A model generated the notes under the pieces. That model did no database searches. It was not told the DNA's origin and saw nothing but the letters and a program-made list of their open reading frames with translations. A program made the translations under genes and the position numbers. From Paraphysomonas bandaiensis (taxonomy: Eukaryota; Protista; Chrysophyceae), in the NCBI GenBank assembly GCA_965644295.1, contig CBFFRP010000363.1:634950-698949 (forward strand): 64,000 bases of DNA, given 5' to 3'. This document shows, piece after piece, positions 12,731-25,453 of the stretch. Numbering within the stretch: position 1 is the stretch's first letter; each line of letters begins with the position of its first letter.

Positions 12731-15700
12731 CTAGTCGTAATTCGCAGTCTTGTGGACAGAATCGAATTGCATTCTTTCCTCTCGACACTGATGTACAAAC
12801 TTCATCACTTCGTGAGTGTTTGGGGTACATAATACTCTCTCATTTTCAGGTAAATATGAACTAACTCTGTAAGAGGGTGTAGCCCAGAGCCTTTCATCTG
12901 CTATCTTGCAGACATCGGTATATGCCGGTACACATCCTCGTAACTCAGTCAGCACATCTGTATATCCCAAGTCACCACGTCGGAGATCTTCTCTCAGAGT
13001 ATTTTCGAGCTCCGCACATCGACGCTTTTCCTCATTGCAATCTGCGCGAAGCTGAGAGGCCTTTGAAGCGACAATTTTCTCCTGGCATTCGGGATAAGAG
13101 GTATCCAATATTGAGATACCAGCACGTGGTAGAGGGTTTACTATCTCGCATTCGGATGCATCCATTTCCATCCTTGTCCTCTTATGTGTCACCACGGTGT
13201 GGTCTTCTGTCACAATGCATTCACAATCACTTCTCACAAAAGTAGTTTCCCAAAAGTCATTGACGGCGGAATTACTCTGGCAATTTATTTCGACGGGCTT
13301 ACGAGATATTATGGGGCTATTGCAATTGATTGCTGTCCTAGATGTCAGAGCATGCAGTCCCGAGTACGCTCTTTTAGGTTTAATACCAGGGTAGTTATCC
13401 TCTGGAATCTCTGAGTCACTCAGTATGACCTGCATTGAAGTACGGTCAACGGGTGGGTAGAGGAGATACATTTGACCACTGTAGCTGCTCCGGTCAGAGC
13501 GAAGAGACGACGACAAATCACGGGCTCGACGCTGATACAGTATTGTCAGCCATCTACGCAGCAGCGAAAACCTAGCATTGCTTTCACCTCCACTGATTCG
13601 CCGCAATGTAGAGCTATCACTTCGTCTACGCTTGCAATCTGAGGCAGTCACTTTGCTGGAATTATCACCAACAACCTTGGATAAGAGGCCATTGAGGCCT
13701 CCAGGTACAACCCAGCCCCTAGTGTTGAGTGCGTTGCAAAAGTGCTCACACTGAACTTCCACCGAGCCGACAGTTTGCCACTGCGGGAGACGAAACTTGG
13801 ACAGTAACGACAGTGCATCTTTGAGTCTATTGACGTCCGTCCAGTCCACCGGAAGCGAATTAACCTCGGCTTCCGTACAAAGCCCGCTCATGTTCTCATA
13901 TAAGGATCCTTTCACGAACCCTCCCTCAGAAAAATCAACAAGTGGAAATATTGAGTAATGTGCATCCCTTTTTCTGCTGGTCGATAGTATAGAGAGCGTA
14001 TGGTGTATTCGAGATTCGCATGCATCAATGCACATAGTAATTCTTTCTAAACACTGAGCAACACTGGTGGAAAAATGCGGCATCTCTTTACACTCCTGTT
14101 TTCTCATTCTTCTTCTACCAACTGTTCTGCCAGACGGTTTCGCCTCTGTGTCGGAGACGTATCCCTCAATGCCATCATCAACATCAAGCTCTTGACGCAT
14201 ATTATCACTCCCAGAAAAATATTCGTTGTCACTCCATATTGCATTAGTCACTGCCTCTTCTGCCCAATCACAAACACCAACACGCTGTACCAAAGGGAGC
14301 GGGGCAACACTTCCAGCCAACGCCTGCACACTAGCAAGCACACACTCTTGACATGCTTCAAGTGCATAAGCAAGCGGACAGCCTCGTTTGGTGTAGCCAA
14401 ACAATTCGTCATTGTTCTTCCCTTTTCCACTTAGTCGCACTGGTAGATCATCATTTTCCATTTCCATTTCAATCAAATAAGCTTTCTGAACGTTGACTTC
14501 TCTGTTAGAAACATCGGCTATCGACTGAATAAACAATGACACAATGTCACATGCTTCATCACCGGGACTTATTTCACGCCAGGTCGATATACGGTTGGTA
14601 CAAGACCTGTGAGGTCCTTGCTCATGGTTATAGCTATGATTGGCTGAATTGCGTGGTTGATCTTCTTCAACCGATGACTGTGAAGAACGCACTATTTCAC
14701 GGGTCAAAATGATTACTATAGGTACACCCTTTCGAACCAACTCAACGCAGGATGCAGTGAGGTCTTCGAAGTATTTGCGTACATTCAGCTCTATGGAATC
14801 ATCATACAAGATTTCAGAGAAGCATCGTCTGTTGAAACCTGCCTGCATTACACTCATCGTTACATCAGGAAGCACTACAATAGATGCCAGAGTAGCCAAT
14901 ACAGGGGTCCGTGGGAATATCCCCTTACCACCTCTACCACTGCATCCATCCATGACAACAACGTGCACACTGCGGCGTATCGGTCGCTTCCCTATGTATC
15001 CACAAACTTCCTGGCTAGTGGAGTAAGAAATACGCTCTGGGCACTCCGAATCAACAGACTTTTCTGGGTCACACAGGATGGCCCGCAGCATATTTGGTAG
15101 CAAGCAAAATGAGTGATCCCACTGCGCAGTGGTGTGCGTTGGAGTTAGAATCGATAGTTTGAAAAACAAATCATGTTCCCAGAGTGGTCCAGTGCCTAAG
15201 TCAGTGGTAGTTTCGATCATACTACGCCCCAGAAGAGATCGCATGCGATTGCACTGAACAATAAACAAATCGCCCGCCACAGCTGGTGCAATGCCACGTG
15301 TCCCCCATTTACCGGCATAACCAGACATCAACGCACGAGCCGAGTCATAGAGAGGAATGCAGCTCCCTCCAAAAACAACGCCGCTTGGGTCAAAACTGAA
15401 AGACTCGCGCGCTCGCTTGTAATTGAGACGAATGCGTTTAACACCAACTTTATCAACACAATGTGCCAAATTCGGCACTGCTTGAATGGATAGTAGCTGT
15501 TCATTTAGTCTTTCTCTACGTTCTAGTACACGTTCATATACTTTCAGCCATAAGTGAAACATGAGCTTCAGAGTGTTTCTAGCATTGCGCTCCACCATAT
15601 CCTGTGTTCTCTTTCTCCAGTGCTGCATTACACGGAGAAGAGTCCATTTTTTCTTACGTTGAATACACCTCTCTGTTAACACGCCTAGCTCTCGATCACG

Positions 15701-18700
15701 TCGAGCCTCCCGCTCCTTCTCCACAGCTGCCTGTCGAACTGCCTTCTCCTCAGCCGCCCGCCTCACCCTATCCATTTCCCGTCGCTCAGCATCTATCTTT
15801 TCCTTGTCAATGCGTTGCTGCTCTAGGATCATATTTGCCTCCTTTTGTTTTAACAGAGCCTGCTCCGCTTCGGCCTTCTCCCTCATTCGCCGCGCACGAA
15901 GGTTTTCTTTCGGTATTTCTACGGTGGCAGGTGCACTTACACCTACAACAGGGGTAGATTTTTCGAGCTGAGTTGCTGCCAAGGGATTCGTAAAGCCTAA
16001 TACTGTACTCTTATCACTGACACCTTTCTTCGATGTCTCGCCGAATGAGACATTTCCGAGGCCTCCACGATCTACTAATGGTGGCTGAGATGTTAATGAG
16101 TTCGAAGGTACAGGTTGACGTTTTGAAGATACTCCAAAACTTCCGAATGCAGATGACGAAACAGTTGAAGATAGATTCGAAGTTTTCTCCATCGATCCTT
16201 GGGAGCCATCATTCGAAATGCTGCATACATTAAATATAAGATAGAAAACTCCAGACAATCATGCAACGCGATAGAAATATCTTCACAACATGGACTTTCC
16301 CGAAATCATATACCCACAACAGACACAAGACGACGACTTGTATTACCTTGAAAGACTACTGCCACTCTTTTTCTTGGTGAGTAAAGACTCGGCAATCTCA
16401 CCGCGTGGGGATCCAGGAGATGGAACTCGTGTAGGCGATACTTGAGTTCTTGAGGGTAACAGTTTCGACGACGTGCGTTGAGGTGTTTGTGGCTTAGAGA
16501 CGTTGGACCGGGCACACTGAAACGGTGGAGTTGAGCTATCTGAAGAACTACTCGATCCAGCATTGAATAGTACTGCGCCTGAGGCAAGCCCCTGTGATAC
16601 TTCAGCACGAGATAGATGACTAACTCTCTCTGCAATTCCGCGCTCCATTTGACGAGTGGTAGGGACCGAAGAACAATCAATTCTCCCGTTAAAAATTATC
16701 TGACTTTCACCGTCGTTTTCAGGTGACTCCATAACCTACAGATTTACACATGCTCAACGACACCGGTGGAATACGATACATACTCCATACCTCGAGACCG
16801 CATTGCTCCGTAAAATCCGCCGCATCGCTCTCATCCTCAAACATGAGCATGCGAACAAGGTCTGAAATTGGAAAGTTTACTTCTTGTTTTCCCGATCGCA
16901 GCACACGATTCATAACTTTTAAAGCCTGTGCGTAGTAGTTACTCGCAATCACTGCAACAACAATACCAGTATTTACCTCCATGCGCATGAAGCCAACGTA
17001 CTTAAACAACGCGCATGCCTGCAGGAAGTTGGAGGTCCGAAGCAAGCGGAAGAATGCGGCATAATTTCCCACCCTTCGTGCTCTCACAACCTACAAAATT
17101 GCCATGAATATAACGATTATAGAATCAAAACAGATTAGATCTCACTTTCAGAGCGAACTGTATGCTTGGATGGGCAAGCACCTCTTCTCCTATCGTCTGG
17201 ATATACTTCTCCACCTACATATGTTATTAGCAGTTACACTTTCCAAACAATATGACAATGTTCACCTCTCCCTCATTATCCAATTGGTAAAGGATATAAT
17301 ATGATCTAAACTCCCCTTCATTCGGCACATCCACAGTGTCTACGGCAGTGTCAGGGTTTTCAAACTTCATCTGTCTGCGGTTGCTTGCTTCGTCATAAAG
17401 CTCATTCAACGTCTTCAAGAGCTTGTTCAACTGCTCTTGGTGCTGGTATGCATCCTGCTTCACGTAATACTCTGTACGAGTAATACAGTCATGTCACTAA
17501 AGCTCCCCGGGAATAGCAGCGTAGCAAGTCTCACCTGACCAAAGCATCTGGTGGTCCATCATGATATGCCATCGAGTCATTCTTTCATGACATTCTACAC
17601 AGAATGCATCCAACCGCCCGCCAAACCTGTATAAATATCAATCAGTATAACTTGGAGCAGCAGTAGTATATCAATGCCTGTAATTCTGTAGAATAAAGTC
17701 TTTTGCTATCATACGGTACCGATTCCACACAAAGTGGTAGACGTCTAGGGCGATCGGACCACGAGCGGGATCTTCATCCTCTTTTACTTCTAGATCCAGA
17801 GACATGACATTCTCGTCCATGTAATCGATCGTGCGTAATAATGCTCTGTGAGGCAAAAGGGAAGAGGATGTCATCTCTTATGTACACATCATGTTTGCCA
17901 ATTGTTTGTACCTTGGGGTCCGCACAAGATGTGGAATGGCCAGTGTGTGATCGGCTGAACTCTTTTGTAATTGTTTGATCATTGTTCGATGTAGTGTATT
18001 AACAAATTCGTCCTCCAGAACGGTTCCTGCCTCTAACCTCTCGTCGAATTCCAGGGGTTGCTCAAACAAATGAACATCACTCTGTCTTACGCGCTTTACT
18101 ATTTCCTCTCTCGGACACATATCTTCACATGTACCAACAATCTGACCCACAGTAAAAATATATAACTTTACAACGTATTTACTCAACCTGCCCATCTGCG
18201 TGCAGCTCAAGTGGAACAACCGGTGATGGAGTAGTCATTTGTCTCGCTCGGCCATTCTAACCATGGAAAGGTTAGCGCACACCCTATATAGTATGACGTA
18301 CCTGAAGACCGCCACTTGGAACAGGTACGTTCGTTGCAGTAGAATAAGATGAGAATTTGGATGAGTTGGAAGGACTGTCGTCCGTAGTCTCGTCCCGGTT
18401 CTTGCCAGATATATTAGCCAGTCCAATAGTATTTCTCCAAGAATTTTTAACACTTCCTGCAAGAGAAGAAGATGAGATGCTATCCTTGTTGCCTAGCCTA
18501 GTTTGAGCTCGTGCAAGGGCAGGAATACCCTCGGCTGGTTGCAATGCCCCGCTTCCATGCGATTTCCCACCGACAAAAGCTGGAGTACCCTCGGCTGGTT
18601 GCAATGCCCCGCTTCCAAACGATTTCCCGCCACCAAAAGCTGGAGTACCCTCGGCTGGTTGCAATGCCCCGCTTCCATGCGATTTCCCACCGACAAAAGC

Positions 18701-20551
18701 TGGAGTACCCTCGGCTGGTTGCAATGCCCCGCTTCCATGCGATTTCCCACCGACAAAAGCTGGAGTACCCTCGGCTGGTTGCAATGCCCCGCTTCCATGC
18801 GATTTCCCACCGACAAAAGCTGGAGTACCCTCGGCTGGTTGCAATGCCCCGCTTCCAAACGATTTCCCGCCACCAAAAGCTGGAGTACCCTCGGCTGGTT
18901 GCAATGCCCCGCTTCCATGCGATTTCCCACCGACAAAAGCTGGAGTACCCTCGGCTGGTTGCAATGCCCCGCTTCCAAACGATTTCCCGCCACCAATAGC
19001 TGGAGTACCCTCGGCTGGTTGCAATGCCCCGCTTCCAAACGATTTCCCGCCACCAAAAGCTGGAGTACCCTCGGCTGGTTGCAATGCCCCGCTTCCATGC
19101 GATTCTCCACCGACAAAAGCTGGAGTACCCTCGGCTGGTTGCAATGCCCCGCTTCCAAACAATTTCCCGCCACCAAAAGCTGGAGTACCCTCGGCTGGTT
19201 GCAATGCCCCGCTTCCATGCGATTTCCCACCGACAAAAGCTGGAGTACCCTCGGCTGGTTGCAATGCCCCGCTTCCAAACGATTTCCCGCCACCAAAAGC
19301 TGGAGTACCCTCGGCTGGTTGCAATGCCCCGCTTCCAAACGATTTCCCGCCACCAAAAGCTGGAGTACCCTCGGCTGGTTGCAATGCCCCGCTTCCATGC
19401 GATTTCCCACCGACAAAAGCTGGAGTACCCTCGGCTGGTTGCAATGCCCCGCTTCCAAACGATTTCCCGCCACCAATAGCTGGAGTACCCTCGGCTGGTT
19501 GCAATACTGCGTTTTCACGAAGGTGTCTGTTCTCTGTGGAGTGTACATGCTTCTCTGATTTCGCAGGAACATGAGAATTAGAGTGCCGAGGTGGCAGTCC
19601 ATAATGCATCTGGCCGTCAGAGTCATCGGCGTTTACTTGGTTTCCGATAGCGGGAGGCTGCGACGAAGTGTTAAAGTGCCCCTCTGATTTAAGATGTGCA
19701 TACAATGCACTGTTTGAGTCAAATACGGTATTACAGACCCGACAGGAGTACGTGCGTCGTGGCCCAGGTTTCCCCCTGCCTCCGTTGTCTCCCTGCCCAC
19801 GTCCTCCCCAAGACGAACCAGAGTCTCCGCTATCTTGTCGTGAAAACGGACCTTTCGTGTCAGATTCTCCACCTGACTGGTCACTGCTAGCGGTATTAAA
19901 ATGCTGCTTTTCTTTTAAATGTAGCACAAGTGAGGTCTTCGACTCGAAGGAGGCGTTGCATACTCTGCAGGAGAACGACCCAGCGGTACTATAGGGTGGG
20001 GGGCGAATAGTATCTCGTCCTCTACCTCTTCCCCGGCCCCGCCCTACTTCCTGATCCTTTCCGTCTCTATATCCCCGAGGCCATCCATTTCCACCGTCAC
20101 CCCGAGAAGATGTACTCGTGCTAAACATGTGAGAATATCCTTGTTCACTCCCACTGCTCTCTGCCCACCTAGACTGCTGCGACTGTGCCGTCGACATATC
20201 TGAAGAGCGGGTAAGACTTTGAAATGGACTACTTCCCAATTCTCCCCACCCCTGTGGCGGTGAATACTCCAGAGGCACGCTTGGAGGCTGAATTTTTCCA
20301 AACGTTTGTCTAGGTGGTGTTTTGTGGGGTTTAGTGTTCTGACCCACGTAGCCACTGCTATTACCGAATGGTACGGTTGTTGAGCCCTGTGAGAAAGAAG
20401 AGCTTTGATCGGACCCTTGCTGCTTCATGTTCATTGCGCCGCTACCACCAATAGATCTACCGCCACTCACACGGCCTTGTCCTCGTCCACCTAATCGTCC
20501 ACGCCCTCGACCACCTAGTCGTTCTCGTTCTCCAGAGGAGAAAATATCCAT
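12731..20551 (-). CDS. SAC3/GANP family mRNA export (TREX-2) protein, multi-exon, with N-terminal RG-rich region, two C2H2 fingers and a repeat block
   Basis: SAC3 motifs lie in successive exons: VGTCEDMCPREE, KSSAD..VRTP, LLRTIDYM, YHFVWNRYRMIAKDFILQN, EFRSYYILYQL and GNYAAFFRLL. Large first exon (ATG 20551) and last exon (about 16220-12731). Linkage of the terminal exons is inferred from strand and splice sites. Confidence 0.85.
18520..19505 (-). repeat. Coding 60-bp tandem repeat, about 16.5 copies (GALQPAEGTPAF[V/G]GGKS[H/F]GS)
   Basis: Consecutive 60-nt lines 18541-19500 are near identical, with two interspersed unit variants. Confidence 0.98.
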
Positions 20552-21425
20552 CACGGTCAATTAAGCCACTATCAATCGACAGTTACTGATAAACAGCAAC
20601 GCTTTGCATGAAATCAATACAGAGAATAGCAAAATATCATACGATAACTCTGAGATACCAGCGTAACTGTATGAATGTTTTGTATGCGTTGGGATGCGCT
20701 CTCATGTGCGCATATATATACAGCACTTCTGACTTCTCCTGCACAGCAGCAGGACAGCGCGGCATCGAGCTGTATACGGTATAGTTTCGTATAGGTAGGT
20801 ATACTACGCCTCTTCATCTTAACAAAATACTGCTCGGTATTATATACTACAGTCAAACAACACAGCACAGTGTACTCTCTTTTGTAGGTTTATATAAAAT
20901 CGGGGTGTTTGAGTGAAAAATCCCTAGGAATTCCTGCCAAGCATAAACTCGTTCACCATAACGAGAGCGGACTATGCTGTACCAACACAGCACCAAATAT
21001 CATTATTCAATGGTTGTTTTCTATAGAGAAGTCTCGCAATATTTTTGTCTAATATTATCTGATTTCAGGATTTTGGGAAATCTCTTCTTCCCACCCTTAC
21101 CTTAATATTAGGCTGTTTTTTCCTAAAATCCTGCTATTTCTACATTTTATCCAAACCGTAAAACAGAGGTTTAAGGACTATGATACGAATATATGGGATT
21201 TTTTTTTCACGTACAAAAAACGTGACCGCAAAAGTATTTCGAGAAATGTGGTACAGTACTGTATACCGGAATACCAGGTCTACAGGTACAGTATTCTGAT
21301 TCATTGATCAAGTCGCAACACAGCTAGCAGGAGCACCATCACAATTCAAGTGAACATCTCTGAGGTGATCAACATCTTCTTCTTATCGCTAAGTAGGACG
21401 GGTTGACTTATATTTCTTTGTCGTC

Positions 21426-23538
21426 ATGGAATGTTCATCTACTCCCCACAGCTATGGTATGTTGTTCAATCTGATGGTGGGGTGTTTGTTCGCGGCTCTG
21501 GTTGCGGTGCTTGTAGTGGTGTTCTCTGACCTGCTACAGAGCTTAAAACCAAAACCACAGCCTGTTGAGCCGGTACAAGTTCACACCAGAGTTGAACATC
21601 AGCCCGTTACCAAAGAGTTGTTTTGTGAGGAGAGGGAGTATCGTATTGAGAGGAACGGCAACTTTACTCCTTCCGAGAAGTCTGTTAGGAGTAATGTGTG
21701 GAACAAACATCCCACGTGGCATATTCCATCCTTAGAAAGAGAAAAAATACAGGTGTTTTCTGGAATAGATGACATCTTAGCAATATTAGAGAAATATGAC
21801 GTCAGCCCCCACAGAGGGTTCCTGCCAAACAAAGATCCTCTGCAGAGACTACCAAACGAAAAGTACTATCTTTGGGAGGATATGGCGGATGATCTCCCCA
21901 AACTATTGGGCGCCCGACTAGGTCAGGTCCGAGAGCCGCTCTGTCGGTTGCCTGTTATCTCTACGGACGAGCTTAAGACTGTGGAAGAGCTCCGAAGGGC
22001 CCAGCTACTTCTATGTCTCTTTGCCCACGCTTTCGTCTGGGGCGGAACACCAGTTATGGAGTATGTACCTAAAGGCATCTCCATACCACTATGGGAAGTT
22101 TCCTGTAGGCTAGATACCCCACCAATTCTAAGTACTACTAGTTTGTTTTAATGCGTAAATTCGGCTGATGTGTGAATGCAGTGAACATGGCTATTACATT
22201 ATATAACTGGAGGAGACTGGATCCCCATGCAGCCATTAGTATGATGAACCTTTCCACCCTAAACAACTTCTTCAGTGGTCGAGATGAGAGCTGGTTTTAC
22301 CTTATTACAGTTGAAATTGAAGCTATCGGAGCTGGGGCGGTGAGTTCATTGTAGTTGGGCAACTACAGTTGATTGTTCATAGTTTTCTAATGAGTCCGTA
22401 GGTTGTACCTTTGATGCAACTCAACGCCGATATAAAGCGTGCTACCTCCGCGACTGCCACTCAAATAAGTGGCGGAGCGAAACATGTTGTACGTAATGTT
22501 ATTCTCCTAGAATCCATCGCCAGCAAGCTATTAGTGGTAGCAGAGTGTATTGATAAGATGGTTACTTCACTCTCAACTATGAGGGAGGGATGCCACCCCT
22601 TTATTTTCTATCATCGAGTTAGACCATTCCTAGCCGGGTGGAAGAGCAACCCTGCTCTTCCCAATGGTGTGAAGTATGAGGGGGTATATGTCAAGTGGTC
22701 TGACCGTGCCCGTCCCCCTGCTTTCACGGGTGAACAGGGGAACATCGAACCGAGCGGGACTGAGAAGGCCAAGAGTTGGTTTTCTCTCGGTGGCAACAGG
22801 GAAGGAGGGTTGGATGAATGCCCAGCTCAATATTTCTCCGGCGGCTCCGCAGCACAGTCTGCCTTACTTCCATTCCTGGACATATGTCTCGGTGTGGACC
22901 ACACTGATCACGACAAATCTCCTAACAGCAATGGATTTTTGAAGTCTATGCGCGAGTACATGCCGCGACCACACAGAGAATTCCTGGAATACATGGAGGG
23001 AAAGACGTGTATTCGGGGCTTCATGGTTAGCTGCCAGAAGGAGCTTGTGCAGGAGTCATTGTCCCGTGGATTAAGCCCACCAAAGAAAATGAGCTTACTG
23101 AATGACTTGCAAGAGCAAGCCGACAGCAGTGTGGATAGCGTTCTCAAGGAGGAGAAGCAGGAAGATGGGGAAACGGATACTGCTGATAGCGAAAATACCT
23201 CATCCGTTACCTGGACTTGGCGGGGAGAAGGCGGTGAGGCGACGGCAGTTACCGCAGACGATGGGCTGGATGAGAGAGTATACGATGCTTTGCAAAAGCT
23301 CTGTGATGCCTATGACTCCTGTCTGACAAACCTTGGCAAGTTTCGCACTGCTCACATATCTCTTGTAGCGGAGTATATTCTGGCTCAACAACGACACGGT
23401 TTCAGTGATAAGTCCATTGAAGGAAATGCTGGTGGAAAGGGCACAGGGGGCACTGATCTCATCAACTTCCTGAAGCCGATTCGCGACAATTGCAATGTTG
23501 GAGTACTGAAGCAACCCAGTGGAGCAGAGCAAACTTAA
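21426..23538 (+). CDS. IDO: Indoleamine 2,3-dioxygenase family protein (introns 22132-22181 and 22340-22401)
   Basis: Motifs RGFLP..DPL..LP, PPIL...LYNW, FYHRVRPFLAGW, SGGSAAQS, MREYMPRPHREFL, proximal His in FRTAH, and GKGTGGTDLINFLK. Confidence 0.93.
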
Positions 23539-24419
23539 ACTTAAACGTGGATGCCACATCGTGGATTACATTCCTGGATGTATGGCTAGAAATTATCCTG
23601 GTTTGCCGAATGTCTTATGATTAAGCCAGTGCATGCACCCAATGTAATTAGTACTTTGTACGAATTAGTTGAAGAAGTAATGTGAAACTTAAGACAATGC
23701 AATGTAGTTTTAAATGGCAGACCATGAGAAAAATGCTGTGTCATAAATATTATTGAGAAATGATTTCCAATTCTTAGTGACTGTGAGGTAGCAAGTAGGG
23801 ATAGAGTAGTATAATGCAGTAGTATCGTTAGTTTGATTTGTGTCGGTACAGTTGCAACTTCATCAACATAAATTCTATTGCATACGCCTTACTTAGCCTA
23901 CTAATACTAATAAAACATAAACCAATACAACGCAATAACGTTGGTGTAATAATGCAATTTTACCAGGCTCTATATCTACGTTTTCACTGCGTATTTTATC
24001 ACATTGTAATCTGTATAGTGGTTAAAGATTAAAGATGATAAATAGAGAATGATATCACAATAACACTTGTGATTATAGCTGCCCCTCCACTACTATTTCT
24101 TGTAAAAACATGTTCTCCTAGAGTTGCATTTACCTTGCTTCTAATTTCGGATATACTGCATGCACATATAGCTCTCTTTGCTACCATATCCAATAACCGA
24201 TAACAACGCAACTGCTACATGCATTAGCACCGCTAACCGCTAATACCTACTGTATTATCAATTCTCAGGTGTATCAGGTACAACATTAGCCGGTGTACAA
24301 CATAAACAATATAATTGCATTCTACATAATATATATTTATATTTACGAATTGTCCCTCAACAAAGTCGGACTCGAACCTTTTCGTGATGTTCTGGGGAGA
24401 AAGTACCAGAATATTTCTC

Positions 24420-24660
24420 CGGGGAACTAACGTGAGCCGCATATATAGTCAGCAGATATTGTTCTGCCCACTCATAGCCAAATGCTTGTGTGGTACAAGG
24501 AACACAAATAAGTGTCACTTGCGTAGATGTGTTTGAGCCTTGACGAATAAACAGGCATCCGGGAATGAACCCACTTCAAGGGCATCCAGGGTATTGGGCT
24601 GCCTGCTGAAGTCAAGCATCCGGACTGTTCACTTTAAGGACTGAAAAAATCCTGAAGTTA
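24420..24660. repeat. Dispersed bipartite repeat family Y, copy 1
   Basis: 24420-24530 is the reverse complement of 57325-57432. 24541-24660 is a direct homolog of 57693-57812. Confidence 0.8.
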
Positions 24661-24869
24661 CAAATTGTAGTTAAAATAGCTATAATTACAAATTAGAAAG
24701 TAGACAAAAATATAATACATGCAATATTCTGCATTGTGATGCTCGCTTGGAAGCGGAGGAGTAACGGAGAGGACGACACCGTTGACTGGTTTTCTCAGGT
24801 GTAGCAGACAATAGTAGATCACGTAAACGCTGTAGTATAAGCGCTGATAAGCATTCTATTCTTCAGATC

Positions 24870-25230
24870 ACGTGCTTTCAGATCAATCCGCCCATGTCAT
24901 GTACCTTATTATGAAGCTGTGGAACTGCACCGGACATGGCCACGAGAAACTGTCGCATCTTCAAGAGCAGTATCGGGTTAATAGGATCACTTCCTATATG
25001 TACTGATCAGCTAGTAGCGTATCTGCAACATGGTCATGTGCATCGAGACTGCCTCACTAGCGCCTGCGCAATTGTCGACCCTGGTTCTCAAAACAGTATA
25101 AGCACATGGATATTATAGTCCAGGGTAGAAATGAGGTTCATTGGTTAGTACCACGTACTTATCGATTTTATAGTTACGTGAACTCAAAGAGAAACTTGTT
25201 CATTGAACTATCTATTGCATTCTAGCTAAA
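24870..25230 (+). pseudogene. Decayed fragment of the same MULE transposase as at 43457-43900
   Basis: DQLVAYLQHGHVHRDCLTSACAIVDPGSQN aligns with DQLVALLQHDHVHRECLLGACSIIDPGPQN. YVNSKRNLFIE follows. Confidence 0.8.
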
Positions 25231-25453
25231 GTGAGTAATACAATGAATATTAAATCACGTAGCAGTTCAATAAATCTGTTGAATTTAACATCATAATAAT
25301 TCATATAGCGTTGCTCATCAATTCTCAGTAATTTTTATATTAAGAGTCAACAGTAGTCAAATTTCAAATACTAGTTGAAATTGATGCTAAAACACTAAAT
25401 ACCACGCACATCTGGCACGCATACAAAATAGATGTATACAACCCAACGCAAGG

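Noticed and set aside
18493-19626. Long alternative-frame and antisense ORFs over the 60-bp repeat
   Set aside because: A stop-free 60-bp unit keeps several frames open. Only the SAC3 frame extends well beyond the repeat on both sides.
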